The notes under the pieces are model-generated. The model had not been told where the DNA came from and made no database searches. It worked only from the letters and a program-made list of their open reading frames with translations. Both the position numbers and the translations under genes were made by a program. A DNA stretch of 64,000 nt from the human T2T-CHM13v2.0 reference genome, Homo sapiens, in NCBI RefSeq assembly GCF_009914755.1, contig NC_060931.1; one strand, given 5' to 3'. The stretch's first letter is position 1. The number at the start of each line of letters is the position of its first letter. Of this stretch, positions 1 to 13,235 are shown one piece after another.

Positions 1-577
1 ATATTCTACTGGGAGACTTAGTTGGCCATTTGGGAAAATTAAAGTGGCAACTAAACTTCATATTATATACCAAAATAAAGTCCAAGTGGATTAAATTATT
101 ACATATAAAATATCAAATAAAAGCATAAGACAGTATAAATTGCATCTAACTGATTTCTGAAGGACTTTCTAATACACAATGGAACAAATCCCAACAGAAA
201 ATACCAATAGATTCGGCTATATAAACATTAAAGGTTCAGGTATGTAAACAAAATCAAAAGGTTAATACCAAGTTGGGAAAATATTTCTGTCATGTAGGAC
301 AGTCAAAATATTACAAATTAATATCCTTAATAAGTAAAGAGCCCACATGTAATAGCAAAGGCCATCAAAAGACAATTCACAAAAGGAAATAGTATAATAG
401 TAGTTGATAGAAAAGTATAAGTGTTAGTAAGTCAAAATAAATCTTAGTAAAACCAAAGACATGCAAATGAAAACAACACCATTTAACATTTTTCCTGTAT
501 TGAAATGGACAAAAATTAAAGTAGCAATCCTCATACTGGCAAGGGTATGGTAAGTCCATACTATTTTAGGCCTGTAA

Positions 578-970
<393 letters not shown>

Positions 971-1088
971 TAGTAGTAATTCTGTTTCTATGAACCCAGC
1001 CCAGAAAAAGCGTGAAACATGAACAAATGTTGGCTCAAAGATATTTAAGTGCTCTTAAGTGTTATTTAAAATATTTAAGCAAATAGAT

Positions 1089-1470
<382 letters not shown>

Positions 1471-1542
1471 CTACATGATAGAAAACTAGCTATTTAAAAT
1501 GTTTGATATAATTCACAAGAAAATGTGAATTACATCTTAAGT

Positions 1543-1712
1543 CAGTGGTTCTCGATTCTGACTACCTTAGAATCACCTAGGGAGGTTTTAAAAGTACTAA
1601 TGCAGGTACGAGGGGGCAGATCAGTTGAATCAGAATATCTAGAGTGATACCCAGACACTGATAGTTTGTGCTGTCAGGGGATTCCAGTGTGCAGCCACGG
1701 TTGGGAATCACG
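1543..1712. mobile_element. MER5-family hAT-Charlie DNA transposon relic
   Basis: cagtggttctc...agaatcacct...gcagccacggttgggaatcac, with terminal inverted-repeat remnants. Confidence 0.7.
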
Positions 1713-2462
1713 ATGTTAAATGAGAGTGGGTATTATCTCAAAGGTAAAAATAAGTAGAATCAACCAAACAAAAAGGTAAAAAGAAATATTTTGAGATCCT
1801 AATATCTCCTAGCTCCATGGTGAGATTGTTAGTGACTATTTCTTCTTTATACTTTTTGGTATTTTCAGTAATTGTTTTATTTTCCTAAACCACTAAGAAA
1901 TTATTTTTTAAGTTTAAGGGCCCCCAGAAGCACCTCAATTCAAATTGGAAGCTCTTAATCTATAGTTAAATGCCCTATTTAGGGCCATAGCCCCTTCTTG
2001 TGCCCTCCCTCCCATCCAGCCACTCCCAGGACTCAGTCAAACAAGCATCAGTGCGTGGAACTGGCACAGGTCCTCTCCGTGGCCTTCTAGGAAGCCACCT
2101 ACCTGTCAGCTTCCTGGATCACCCACCTAAGGGCATCTCAGTTCGGTGAGGATGCCCTTCACGTGCACTGTTTGCTCCAGGGCACACATGTGAAGACTAA
2201 AGCATGAATATAGGGGTTATGGGTGATTTCAGAATGTTTTTCTTTATATTCCTCTATATTCTTCACATTTTCTGCAATAAAATGTATCACTTTGAAAATC
2301 AGAAAAACCCATAAATATTACAAATTTAAGCATATCTCTTCTAGTAATTACAAGCAATATCATTTCCTTTTGACATAATTAGTACGTAATTGCCTAGATA
2401 AGACAAAAAAGACTCCAAGGAATGCTAATTTGGGAAATAAGTGCATTATAATTTACACATAA

Positions 2463-2787
<325 letters not shown>

Positions 2788-3049
2788 TCATTTATGCTTC
2801 TATAGGAATAATTAATTCCATTTTGCACATGAGGACACAGCCTCAGAAAATTTCCAAGGAACTCAATTTCAAGACCTCTCTGTCCAAGTCCAGGGCTGTT
2901 TCCACAATACTATATTTTTTCCATCTTTTCTAGTAAAGGTTGGATAACTGGAAGAACAGAGAGCTGAACACTGGGATCTGAAAGAGTTACCACCTCATTC
3001 CCAGTCCTGCCCTCTCCATGTGAGGACGGGTGAATCTGAGATAGAAATA

Positions 3050-3500
3050 ATGGCTCATGTGTGCTGAGTGTTTATGTTGGAGGCTCATATACACTATCCT
3101 ACAGAATCCTCATAGCTGTCTGAGGCAGGTACAATTGTTATATCCTAGGAAATAGTTAAGACTGCTCCCATTTTATAGCTGAAGAAACAGATTCAGGGGG
3201 ACTAAGTGACTCATTCAGTCATTTAACAAATACACTACGTTCCAGGGTCTAGTCTAGGCACTGAGGACTCAGCAGTGAACGAGGCCAAGAAACACAGCCC
3301 TGGCCCCATGGAGCTATATTCCCAGAGGTGCAGTGTGACAGACAAGCAAACTAATGCATGAATGAAAACATCACAGATATTGAAAACACTACAGGAAAAT
3401 AAAGCATGGTATTCTGATGGAAGACAACAGGGATGGTCAGGAAACGATGATTGGAGCTGAAATCCGAATGATAAGAAGCCAGTGAGGAAAAATCTGGATG
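3050..3500. mobile_element. MIR and L2 fragments
   Basis: cccatttttatagctgaagaaacag (MIR core); cattcagtcatttaacaaatacac...ctaggcactgagga (L2 3' end). Confidence 0.65.
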
Positions 3501-3502
3501 CA

Positions 3503-3790
3503 TGTCCGGGCTCACACCTGCAATCCCAGCACTGTGGGAGGCTGAGGTGGGCAGATTGCTTGAGCACAGGAGTTCAAGACCATTCCTGGGCAACATAACG
3601 AAAACTCATTTGTACAAAAGATTTTTTAAAAAATTAGCCAGGCGTGGTGGCATGCACCTGTAGTCTCAGCTACTTGGGAAGCTGAGGCCAGAGGATCAGT
3701 TGAGCCTGGAGAGTCGAGGCTGCAGTGCCACTGCACTCCAGTCTAGGTGACAGAATGAGACCCTGTCTCAAAAAATAAGTAGATAAAAAT
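3503..3790 (+). mobile_element. Alu (J-type)
   Basis: gctcacacctgcaatcccagcac...gagaccctgtctcaaaaaa. Confidence 0.9.
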
Positions 3791-4524
3791 AACTAAAATT
3801 CTGGATGCAGTGGATCCCAGGCCTTGGGTAGAGTGACCCACTTGGAAGTGGCTTGGCAGGATGAAGCAAGAATGAGGCCAGTGTGGGGCAGCAGAGGGGG
3901 CAGAGCAGGACAGTGATTTGAGGTGGAGGTGAGGTGGGGTCAGGCCACAGAGGGCCCTGTGAGCTGGGTCAGGAGGTGGCATTTATTTACTGTGCCATCC
4001 CAGGGAGAGTGGAGCCTGGATTTGGATCTCCCTCCCATGTGCAGGGGCCACATCTCTGAGCCCTTCCTCAGAGACTCTGTGCTGGGCTTGGCACAGGTCT
4101 TCATCACCTCGGGCCTGTCCTGTGGAGACAGGCTTCCCAGGTCAGTCTGTAAGCCTCCTCGGCCATGCAATTAAGGTTCTTGTTCATCCAGCCGACCTGG
4201 TTTCTGCCCCTGAGGAGCAGATTTAGGTAGAGGAGGCACACATGAACATCCACTGTCACTCGGTGTCACTTCAATGATAACTGTCTTAAGCTCTGTGAAC
4301 CTAGAAAGGGGAAGGGGGAGAGTGGGCACCACAGTTACCCTAAGCTGGGGTGTTCCAGAGGCCTTTTCTGAGGGAGTGACATTTCCACAACACCGTGCAG
4401 GAGGAAGGAACGTTAGTTGGGAGATGAGCAGCCCAGGAAGTTGGGCGGCATGGGTGAAGCCTGAGGCAGTGGGGTGCCAAGAGCAGAGAGAAGGTCAGGG
4501 TGCTGGAGTCTGGGAGGCAGCCTG

Positions 4525-4900
4525 TGTGGACTGAGTAGGGTCTTCCCAAAGTTCATGTCCTTCCAAGAACCTCAGGAGGTGACCTTCTTTGGAAATAGGG
4601 TCATTGCCAATGTAATAGTTAATTAAGACCAGGTCATCCTGGCGCAGGGTGGGCACTCAGTGCAATATGACTGTTATCCTCATCAGAAGAGAGGAGACAA
4701 AGGGAGCAGGCCAAGTGCCCGCTGGCGCACTGCATCCAATGCTGAAGCCAGGAGAGAGGCATGGGACGGTGTCCCTCAGAGCCTCCAGTAAGAACCAAGC
4801 CAGACCACACATTGATCTTGGACCTCTGGCCTCCAGAACTGCAAGAATCCATTTCTGTTGTTTAAAGCCAACCAGTTTGTGGCACTTTGTTACAGCAACC
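4525..4900 (+). mobile_element. MLT1 (ERVL-MaLR) solo LTR within L2 sequence
   Basis: ggaaatagggtcattgc...ctggcctccagaactgcaagaatccatttctgttgtttaaagcc...tttgttacagcaacc. Confidence 0.8.
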
Positions 4901-5429
4901 CCGGACAGGGCCGAGAAGGCAGGCAGGGCCTAGTGGGTCCTGAAAGATTTTGGACCTTACCCTAAGAGCAATGGGGAACCTCCCAAGCAAGAGAGGACTA
5001 TGATCAAATTTGCCTTTTCAAAAGATTCCCTGGCCGCCCAGTGCTCCCACAGCATTCAAATCCGTTAAGAGTGAGGCCCCACAATAGGACAGAGGCCCTG
5101 CCGCCTGCACATCACTCACACGGAGGCACACGTCACTCAAATACACCGGGTGCTTGCCAGCCTTCCCACCGGCCCACAGAGCGGGGCTTCCTTGCCTGCT
5201 CCCCACACAGAACTAGGGGAGACGGCCGACCTGCGGGAGGATCGTCTGGCCCTATGCCTCAAACGCCTTAGAAAACGCTCGTACCCTGGACCAGGCAGTT
5301 CCACTCCAGGAGGTTAGTCTTTGCATGGCATTTGTTTTATTAGGGGGCCACCGCAGCCTGGGCTAAAGAATTTAGTCTTCGGAAAAAACTAGGCAGACAT
5401 TTGAAAATATATCAAGGAAAAAAAGTGCA

Positions 5430-5805
<376 letters not shown>

Positions 5806-6033
5806 TCAGCCTTGGTTTCCTCATCTGCACAACGAGAAAAGTGGGTAGAATGCAGGCTGCCCGGGAAGAAGCTTGAGCAACCCTAAAGCTCGGGGTCAAT
5901 TCACGGAGTCCCCTCTCCTTCTGGGACCCAAGGCCCTCCGGGTCTTCTGTGCTGTTTTGTGCCGTGGGTTGAGCCTTCGAGGTGGGGTAGGTCTCATATT
6001 TCCTGTGCTCTCAGATTCCTGCGGCCGCACCTT

Positions 6034-6072
6034 TGTTTGCACCAACTGTGTTTGCACCAACTGTGTTTGCAC
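6034..6072. repeat. 15-bp tandem repeat (TGTTTGCACCAACTG), about 2.6 copies
   Basis: Read directly from sequence. Confidence 0.9.
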
Positions 6073-6129
6073 GGGGATTTGCTGGGGCCTGGGGCCGGCA
6101 GGCCAGTGTGTGCAAGAAAAGCAACCTGA

Positions 6130-7170
6130 CAGCGGCTCCTGCTAACCAGGGCTGGTTCGGGGCTGCGGCCGGGCGGCTCCCGCACTGCGACTAAGGGCCA
6201 GCCGGCTGGCAGGCGGGGCTGGGGCTCGGATGTCGGGACTAGCGGGTCTCTGGCGCGAGGCGGCCGCCACCACCGAGAAGGCCGCGCGCATTCCTAGAGC
6301 GGCCGCCAGCGGCCAGGTGAGGGCGCCGCGGCCTCCGGGGCCTCCTCGCCTCTGGCCGGCAGGGGGCAGCGCGCGGCCCCGCGCGGCCCGACGTGGCGCT
6401 GGCCCGGGAGGCAGCCCGTGGGCCGCCGGCGCGCCCTGCCGGGCACCCAGCAGCGCGCTCCCGTTCTCATCAGACGGGAGAAAAAACGCCCAGGCAGAGG
6501 AACGTCTAAAAGTCAAGTCATCAAAATTAATGTAATCGAGAAAATGTGCATATTTAAAATATGGATAGAGACGCATAAATACATCTTTAAAATAAAAATA
6601 TAATCGTTTGTGTTAAGTCCTTGCTCCATTGGCTCTCAGCTGCACTCACAGCACCAGTGAGACCGACACGGTTGTGCCCCATCCCACAGGCGCCAAATGG
6701 AGGGCGCAGGGTTTTAGGAGCTCGCGTAGGGCCTCTCGGGCGGCAGCAATGGAGCCGCGAGGCCGGCGGGGAGACCGAGGACGGGACCCGCTGAGCTCTG
6801 GGTGAGCTGGGGGGACTCGAGGGGACCTGGATGGGCCAGAGGCCTGGCTTGGGGAAGGGCCCCTTCCCGGTTCCCCAAGGTCCCGGTGTGCCGCTGCCGT
6901 AGGGAAGCAGGAAGGCACGGCCGCGCCAGGCGACCTGAACGAGAGGAAGCCCGGGGTCGCCGCCCGCGGGCGCGGCTGGTGTTCATACCCAGCCAGGAAG
7001 GGCGGGCGGGCCTCGGGTGCCACGCGGCGTGCCCGGCGCTTTCCCCGCAGTCCCGCTTGCTGCCCGTCCCTGGACTCCTTATCAGGCAGCTGGGTGACCT
7101 TGCTGCAAAGGGCAGGGCCGTGGAGCAGGATTTCTGCCGCACACCAGCCACCTGCAACGGTGGTAAGAGG
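6130..7170. promoter_or_regulatory. Orphan CpG island, split by an AT-rich core at about 6480-6620
   Basis: Very high GC and CpG density; no credible coding exon. Confidence 0.85.
6353..6371 (+). promoter_or_regulatory. Candidate CTCF site
   Basis: TGGCCGGCAGGGGGCAGCG closely matches the CTCF core TGGCCASYAGRGGGCRS. Confidence 0.55.
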
Positions 7171-9052
7171 ATTTGGCAGTGATCCGGGTACTCTACCTAA
7201 TATTGGGGCTGAAATATCAGAAGGAATGATAAAATCCATTTTTAAGTGATAGCGTTTAAAGGTGTTGGATCAGGTTTAATGAAGAAAATCATCTCCATCC
7301 CAGCTGGGCAGAGATTTGGGATTGTACCCGTGTTTCTTCCCGCACATTGTCACCTGTGGCTTGTTCATCCGTTCATTTCGCGTGCACTGAGGACCTCTGA
7401 GGACCTTGCGCCAGACTCTGGAGCAAGCGCGAAATGAACAAAAGCCGGCCCTGCCCTTGGGAAAAATCAAACACACAATGGCCGCTGAGTGCACGCTCCG
7501 AGCACGCGCCAAGCCCTGGAAAGCCCGGTAGAGGGGACCCTCCAACCTCCCGCAGTGATGCGTGTGTGGCCAGGGGTCTTGCTAGGCTGCACCTTGCACC
7601 TGAATCTCCCGTTGCCTTCACCGTGGAAGCGTTTGCTGTAAAAATAACATGGGGGTTGGGGCGGGGGAGACGTCTTTGTAGCTTTCTCACAGGGCTTAAG
7701 ACATCTGTCCTGCTATCTTCCCCGGCCTTCCAGGGATTCTCAGTGGATGTTAGCTCTCTGGATTTCACTGGCAAGGTTATAGAGACTTACCATTTTCTGA
7801 TATGAACATCTGCCAAGTAACGCATAGAGAATAGGAAAGCATGCATATCCCACAAGGAAAAAAAATAAAACTAAGAAACTGTTCTATCAAAGAATTAAGT
7901 AAGCATGGAGTGTGTCACTGGATAAATTAAACATACAGAGTTTGGATTGAGGCTAGGAAAGGTTGAAGCAAGAGAAAAGGAGCCCTGGTGACTTGCCCAG
8001 GGCAGAGGTTTTTGAAGTGAGCTTCCTCCTTGGAGACCCCTCAGCGCAGGGGGAGTTTGGGAAGACGGGGGCGCCAGAGCAGGTAGGCTTGGCTCCCTCT
8101 CCAGCCTCTTAAGGCACGAGTTATTTTACATATTTAGCTTCTGAAAATTGTTTTATTTAAACAAGGGATTCCGGAGGCTACAAACGAAAGCTTGAAAACA
8201 CTGACAGATGAAGTGCAAAAAATTTGGCTGACCATTATAAATTTGATAAAGATTTCATGTCCTGAATCTGAAAGAGATTCTAAAATATATTACAGATTTA
8301 GTTCTACAGAGAAGGGATGAACTCTTCCAAGTAATTTCACAGGTGGAGATGGTTAGAAGTCCTCATACTGGGTGGTTAAAATTGATTTCTTCCATAGTTA
8401 TGGAAAAGACTTGATACCTTCTCTTGGAGAAATAAGGGACTCATTCAATTGTAAGTTTTTATTGTTTAGAACATAGAAATTCCTTCTACAACCAGAAAAA
8501 AACGCTATTTTCATTTGGGGGCAAAGAATTTTAAATAAGATTCTGGAATTCTGTTATGTGATTACTACATACTAATAAGAGTTCATCTTTTTGGTAAAAT
8601 GAACACCCAAGCATGTTTGTATGCAATTAACGTTTGTTTCAAGACTCTGAAGAGCTGGCAACAATTTGGGCAAGGAAAATGTGTCTATTTCTCTCAATTT
8701 GTCTACTGTATGAATTAAACACACCAGAGACTGGCTTAAATTGGTCTGAATATTGACTTGCTTTTTTAGCAGCACTCTGAAACATTTGAGGTTTTTTTTT
8801 TTTCCCAAACTTATTTCAGAATGCATCACTGGATAAATTGGCTTGGTAAGGCATTGATTAATTCAAGACACAGTAAGGAACCACTGGGTTAAAGTGGGAA
8901 AGAAATAATACAAATTTTAGTTGGACAGTCATTATTATTAAATTGTTCAGGGGGTAACTATGGGAACCAACTTAGTGTCTTTACTTTTTGACAAAATTAA
9001 TGTGATTTATAGTGATGACTATCATCCAAATCGAAAAATATATACAGAATTT

Positions 9053-9174
9053 TTTTTAAGAGACAGATTCTCACTATGTTGCTCAGGGTGGTCTCAAACT
9101 CCTGGGCTCAAGCGATCCTCCTCCTTAGACCTCCCGAAGTGCTGGGATTACAGGTGTGAACCACCACACCTAGC
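9053..9174 (-). mobile_element. Alu monomer (FLAM-like)
   Basis: ttctcactatgttgctcaggg...gggattacaggtgtgaaccacc. Confidence 0.85.
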
Positions 9175-9192
9175 AGAAATTTTTTTGTATAC

Positions 9193-9487
9193 GCCAGACG
9201 CGGTGGTTCACACCTATAATCCCAGCACTTTGGGAGGCCTATGGAGGATTGCTTGAGTCCAGGAGTTTGGGACCAGCCTAGACAACGTAGTGAGATGAGA
9301 CCATGTCTCTACTAAAAATAAGAAAATTAGGCTTGGTGGCTCATGCCTGTGGTCCCAGCTACTCAGGAGGCTGAGGCGGGAGGATCACCTGAATGTGGGA
9401 GGTCCAGGCTGTAGTGAGCCATGATGTCACCATCGTACTCCAGCCTGAGACAGAGCAAGACCCTGTCTCAAAAATAAATAAATAAAT
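9193..9487 (+). mobile_element. Alu (J-type)
   Basis: gcggtggttcacacctataatcccagc...gaccctgtctcaaaaataaataaataa. Confidence 0.9.
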
Positions 9488-10454
9488 TTTTTTAATCTTA
9501 AATTTTAGAATTTGCATAATTTACCTGCAGCAAATTTGATCATGGGACCATGTAGTTCTTGGCTGGTACCTTCTGTGGAAAAATGGCAAGTTTCACCTTT
9601 CATACTTGTTTACTTTTCTTAATTGAGTTTAGCTTAAATCCAAGCTATTTCAATCCTTTGAGGGCATAATTTGATTATTTGTGTATCAGGTAAATGAAGA
9701 GCTGATTGCATTTAATTTTTAAAAAGATTTTATACTTATTAGACTATACTGATTTTAAGAAGAAACAGTCTGTTGTCCTGATAATCATTCTTTAAATAAA
9801 ATTACCAGCAGGGATAGACATTTTCACTGATACATTTTGTCATTAAAATTCAACTTTCCATTACCTGAATTAATAGACAGCAGTGATGCTCCTGTCTTAT
9901 AATACTTGAGTTATTTTGAGATATTATTTTACAAAGAGAAGCAGTGAGTTTCATTCATGCGGTAGTGGCGGGGAGGGAATGGTGAGAACTTAGAGGTAGC
10001 ACTGAGCCGGCAGGATTAGAGTCAAGGGTGTATTTTGTGTTATTAGGGAGCAGGTATTTCTTCCTTATAATAATCTCCTTCATGCAACTACTCCTCTGAC
10101 TGATAAACAAATGGCTTCTTAGGTCCCAACGTCAGAAATAAACAGAGAAAGGTGGCCTCTTGCCATAACAGTGCTCTCCCCAAAGTCCCTAAGGTATAGA
10201 GGACTCAGTCTAAAACGGGGGCTGGATTGGTGTTCTAACCACCAGTGTGCCCAGGAACACCTATTCTACCCTGGTCAGGTGAACCTCAGGACGTCTCCCA
10301 ATGTCGCCTGGGCTTGGCTGGCCAGGCAGCCAGGGAACTGTGCTTTCAGGCAGGTCCAGACTCACATGCTGTGCCCATAGACAGTGAGAGCTGCAAATCA
10401 AAGAGAAATAGTCATGTTTTGCCCTTTTTATTAAGGATCCATGTTGAAATTGGG

Positions 10455-12530
10455 AGGCAGTATGTAACAGTGGTTAATAGCACACAGCTGGGGTTCCCAC
10501 CCACTTAGGTTTAAATTCTGGCCGTGTGACCTTGGCTGCTGATGGCTGAACCTCTCTGAACTTCATCTGTTCAAGGGGACACAGATACCAATTTCACAGG
10601 TTGTTGCAAGATAAAATGAAAGGAAAGCGTTTATGATCTGGCACAGTGACTGCAACATGGTAAAACTCAATGAATTGTAGTGATTTTAGTTATTATCCTT
10701 AATAAACTTATGGCTAGTTCTGACTTCTGAACAGAACTTTTCATGTAAGGTTGCGATCAATAGTACTATGTTTAATGTTTTCTTTTCTTTCTTTCTATCC
10801 TGGTCTTTTCCCCTTTTTTCCTTCCTTTCACCTTCCTTTTCTTTCTTTTTTTTAGAGAAATCATTTAACCTGGAGCTGTCCTTTGTAGAAAACAGAAATA
10901 AAAGGGCTAAAGTCTATATTTTAACTAAAATTCCTCATTTCAAGGAAACCAACTAGAAATGGTAGATGCAAAGTTGATTTTTTTTTTTTTTTTTTTTTAC
11001 AAATTGTCATCTAGAAGTTGCCAGTATGACTGGGAAGCAACAAGAGGCTTCAGCAGCAGTAATGCTTTCCAGAGCGCTGGAGGAGAGGCCCTGGCCTGAC
11101 TCAATGTTGCCCTGGCAACAGTAGGGCCTGGAGGGCCTCTGTCCCTGATCCCTTAATCTGAGGAGCTGCCACCACAGTGCTTCAGGAAAGGTCTCCCACA
11201 GACACCTGGCTGGTTCAGGCTACATCCACTGAAGAGGAATGAAGAAAAGCTGGGGATGCGGTCCTTTATCAGAGACAGCCGCCTAAAGGCCTCTCTGATG
11301 GTCCCAGCTTTCCAGATCCCCAGAGGCTTAACCAGGCTGCCAGTCTCCACCAGATGCTAAGTGCTGTCTAGGCAGCCAGGGATTCCTAATCCTCTTGTGT
11401 TTCTCCACAGAGCCCAGCACAATTCTTTGCACACAAGTGGTGATTAATAAATACTGGGGGGGGGGTGCAGGGCTGTAAGACAGTGAGCATCCCCTCGGCA
11501 CCAGCCCTGCCTGTCCCACCTGTGACCTTGGAGGACCCAACTCCTCTCCTCTTCATTTCTCAGCTATAAAATGCTAGGGCTCAGCGCTAAGGGTTTTTTC
11601 CTGCCTCAAACATTCTTTTTTATCCTCTTACTGTGTTCATCATTTTGGCAAATGCACAGAGCATGTTCTGTTTAATATATTTTGTTTCCCCCAATTTTAT
11701 CTTCAGTCAAAAAATCCGGAGGCAAAATGGAATAATTTAAAAGAGGTGCTGGCTTTTCTTTTTTCAACAACGATACTGGCCCCAGGAAAACAACTTTTTG
11801 GCCAAGCACATGGGCTTTGGAGTCAAAGAACTGAGTTCAAATCCTGGCTCTACTATTTGGTTGCTGTGTGACTTTGGGCCTACTTAACCTCCCTGAGCCT
11901 GGAGCTTTCCACCTATAAAATGGGTGTAATGAAACATACATCAGAGTTATGAAGGGATGTATGTAAAGTCTTCCAAAGTAAGAAGCTCTCAATAAATGGT
12001 AGTTATTCCTTCTGCTACACAGCTTTATGGGGCCAACAGCAACAGGCAACTTAGGAGTTCACAAGTCTAATTAAATTAAGGGCACCCAAGAAAAGCACTG
12101 TGAAAGAGGACCAGAAAACTCAGCGAGGTGGGGTACTACCTCCTGCAAACTCTGGAGTGTGGCCAAGGGGTGAACTGAAACCCTGTCCACTCCTAGATAA
12201 GGACCATGATATAGTTGTGGTTTAATTTGTACTTTCTCACACCAAAATAATCTACATTTGCCTACTGAAATTTCCTTCTCAAAGATTCATTCTTTTAGGA
12301 TATAACACTAGCCCACTACCAACTTGAACTTCTGTTTGAAATTAGTAATCTCTTATTGAGACCTTAGTATCTGCCAGTGTCTTTGCTATGTATCTATTGT
12401 GATTTAAGCCTCAGAACAATGGGAACTTTATTATCCCTATTTGACAGATGAGGAAATTGATGTTCTGTTAATTAACTTGTTCAAGGCCATACAACTATGA
12501 AGTTTAAAGCCACGTCTTTTTGACACCAAA
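10455..12530. mobile_element. Scattered MIR (about 10455-10700, 11800-12010, 12380-12530) and L2 fragments
   Basis: MIR motifs gtgtgaccttgg...aacctctctga; ttcaaatcctggctctacta...tgtgtgactttgggc; gacagatgaggaaattga. Confidence 0.65.
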
Positions 12531-12917
12531 GGCTATCTACACTTTAGGAACCAATAGCAGAGATTAGGGCAAATGGAAAGTGAGATTCAAGATGGTGGCA
12601 AGAAGTCAGAACAAGGGGAGAGACGATGGGGGGCACAGGGTGCTGGGCACTTAGGAAGAGGCATGAGGAGGGAGTCAGAGCCAAGGAAGGGGAGGTAGAA
12701 GTCAGGGAAGTCATGGCAGCCCAGCTACGTGTAAGATGAACCAATCTTGACATACTATGACGTGTTCTGAAAGACTTTAAATGGTATCCCAATAGACAGA
12801 GACGTAAGGATGCACGAACCAGGCTGTTCTAGTTGGTGCAATAAATTGTCAGTTAAAAGAAAAAGAAATACCAATCTTTGACTATATTTGGTTTAATCCT
12901 TTTAAAAAACAAATTTC

Positions 12918-13235
12918 AGATGGGAGCTATGGCTCATACCTGTAATCCCAGCACTTTGGGAGGCTGAGGTGGGAAGATGGCTTAAGGCCAGGAGTTTTGA
13001 GACCAGCCTGGGCAACACAGAAAGACTCCCCCATCTCCAAAAAAGTTAAAAAAAAAATTAGCTGGGTGTGGTGGTGCACACCTGTAGTCCCCCAGCTACT
13101 CGAGAGGCTGAGGCAGGAGGACTGCTTGAGCCTAAGAGGTTGAGGTCAGAGTGAGCCATGATGGTGCCACCACATGCCAGCCTAGGTGACAGTGCAAGAC
13201 CCTGTCTCAGAAAACAAGCAAAACGAAACAAAAAC
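12918..13235 (+). mobile_element. Alu (J-type)
   Basis: ggctcatacctgtaatcccagc...gaccctgtctcagaaaac. Confidence 0.9.

Noticed and set aside
6142-7239. 100-197 aa ORFs in the orphan CpG island
   Set aside because: GC-rich low complexity in several frames at once; no domain and no consistent exon structure
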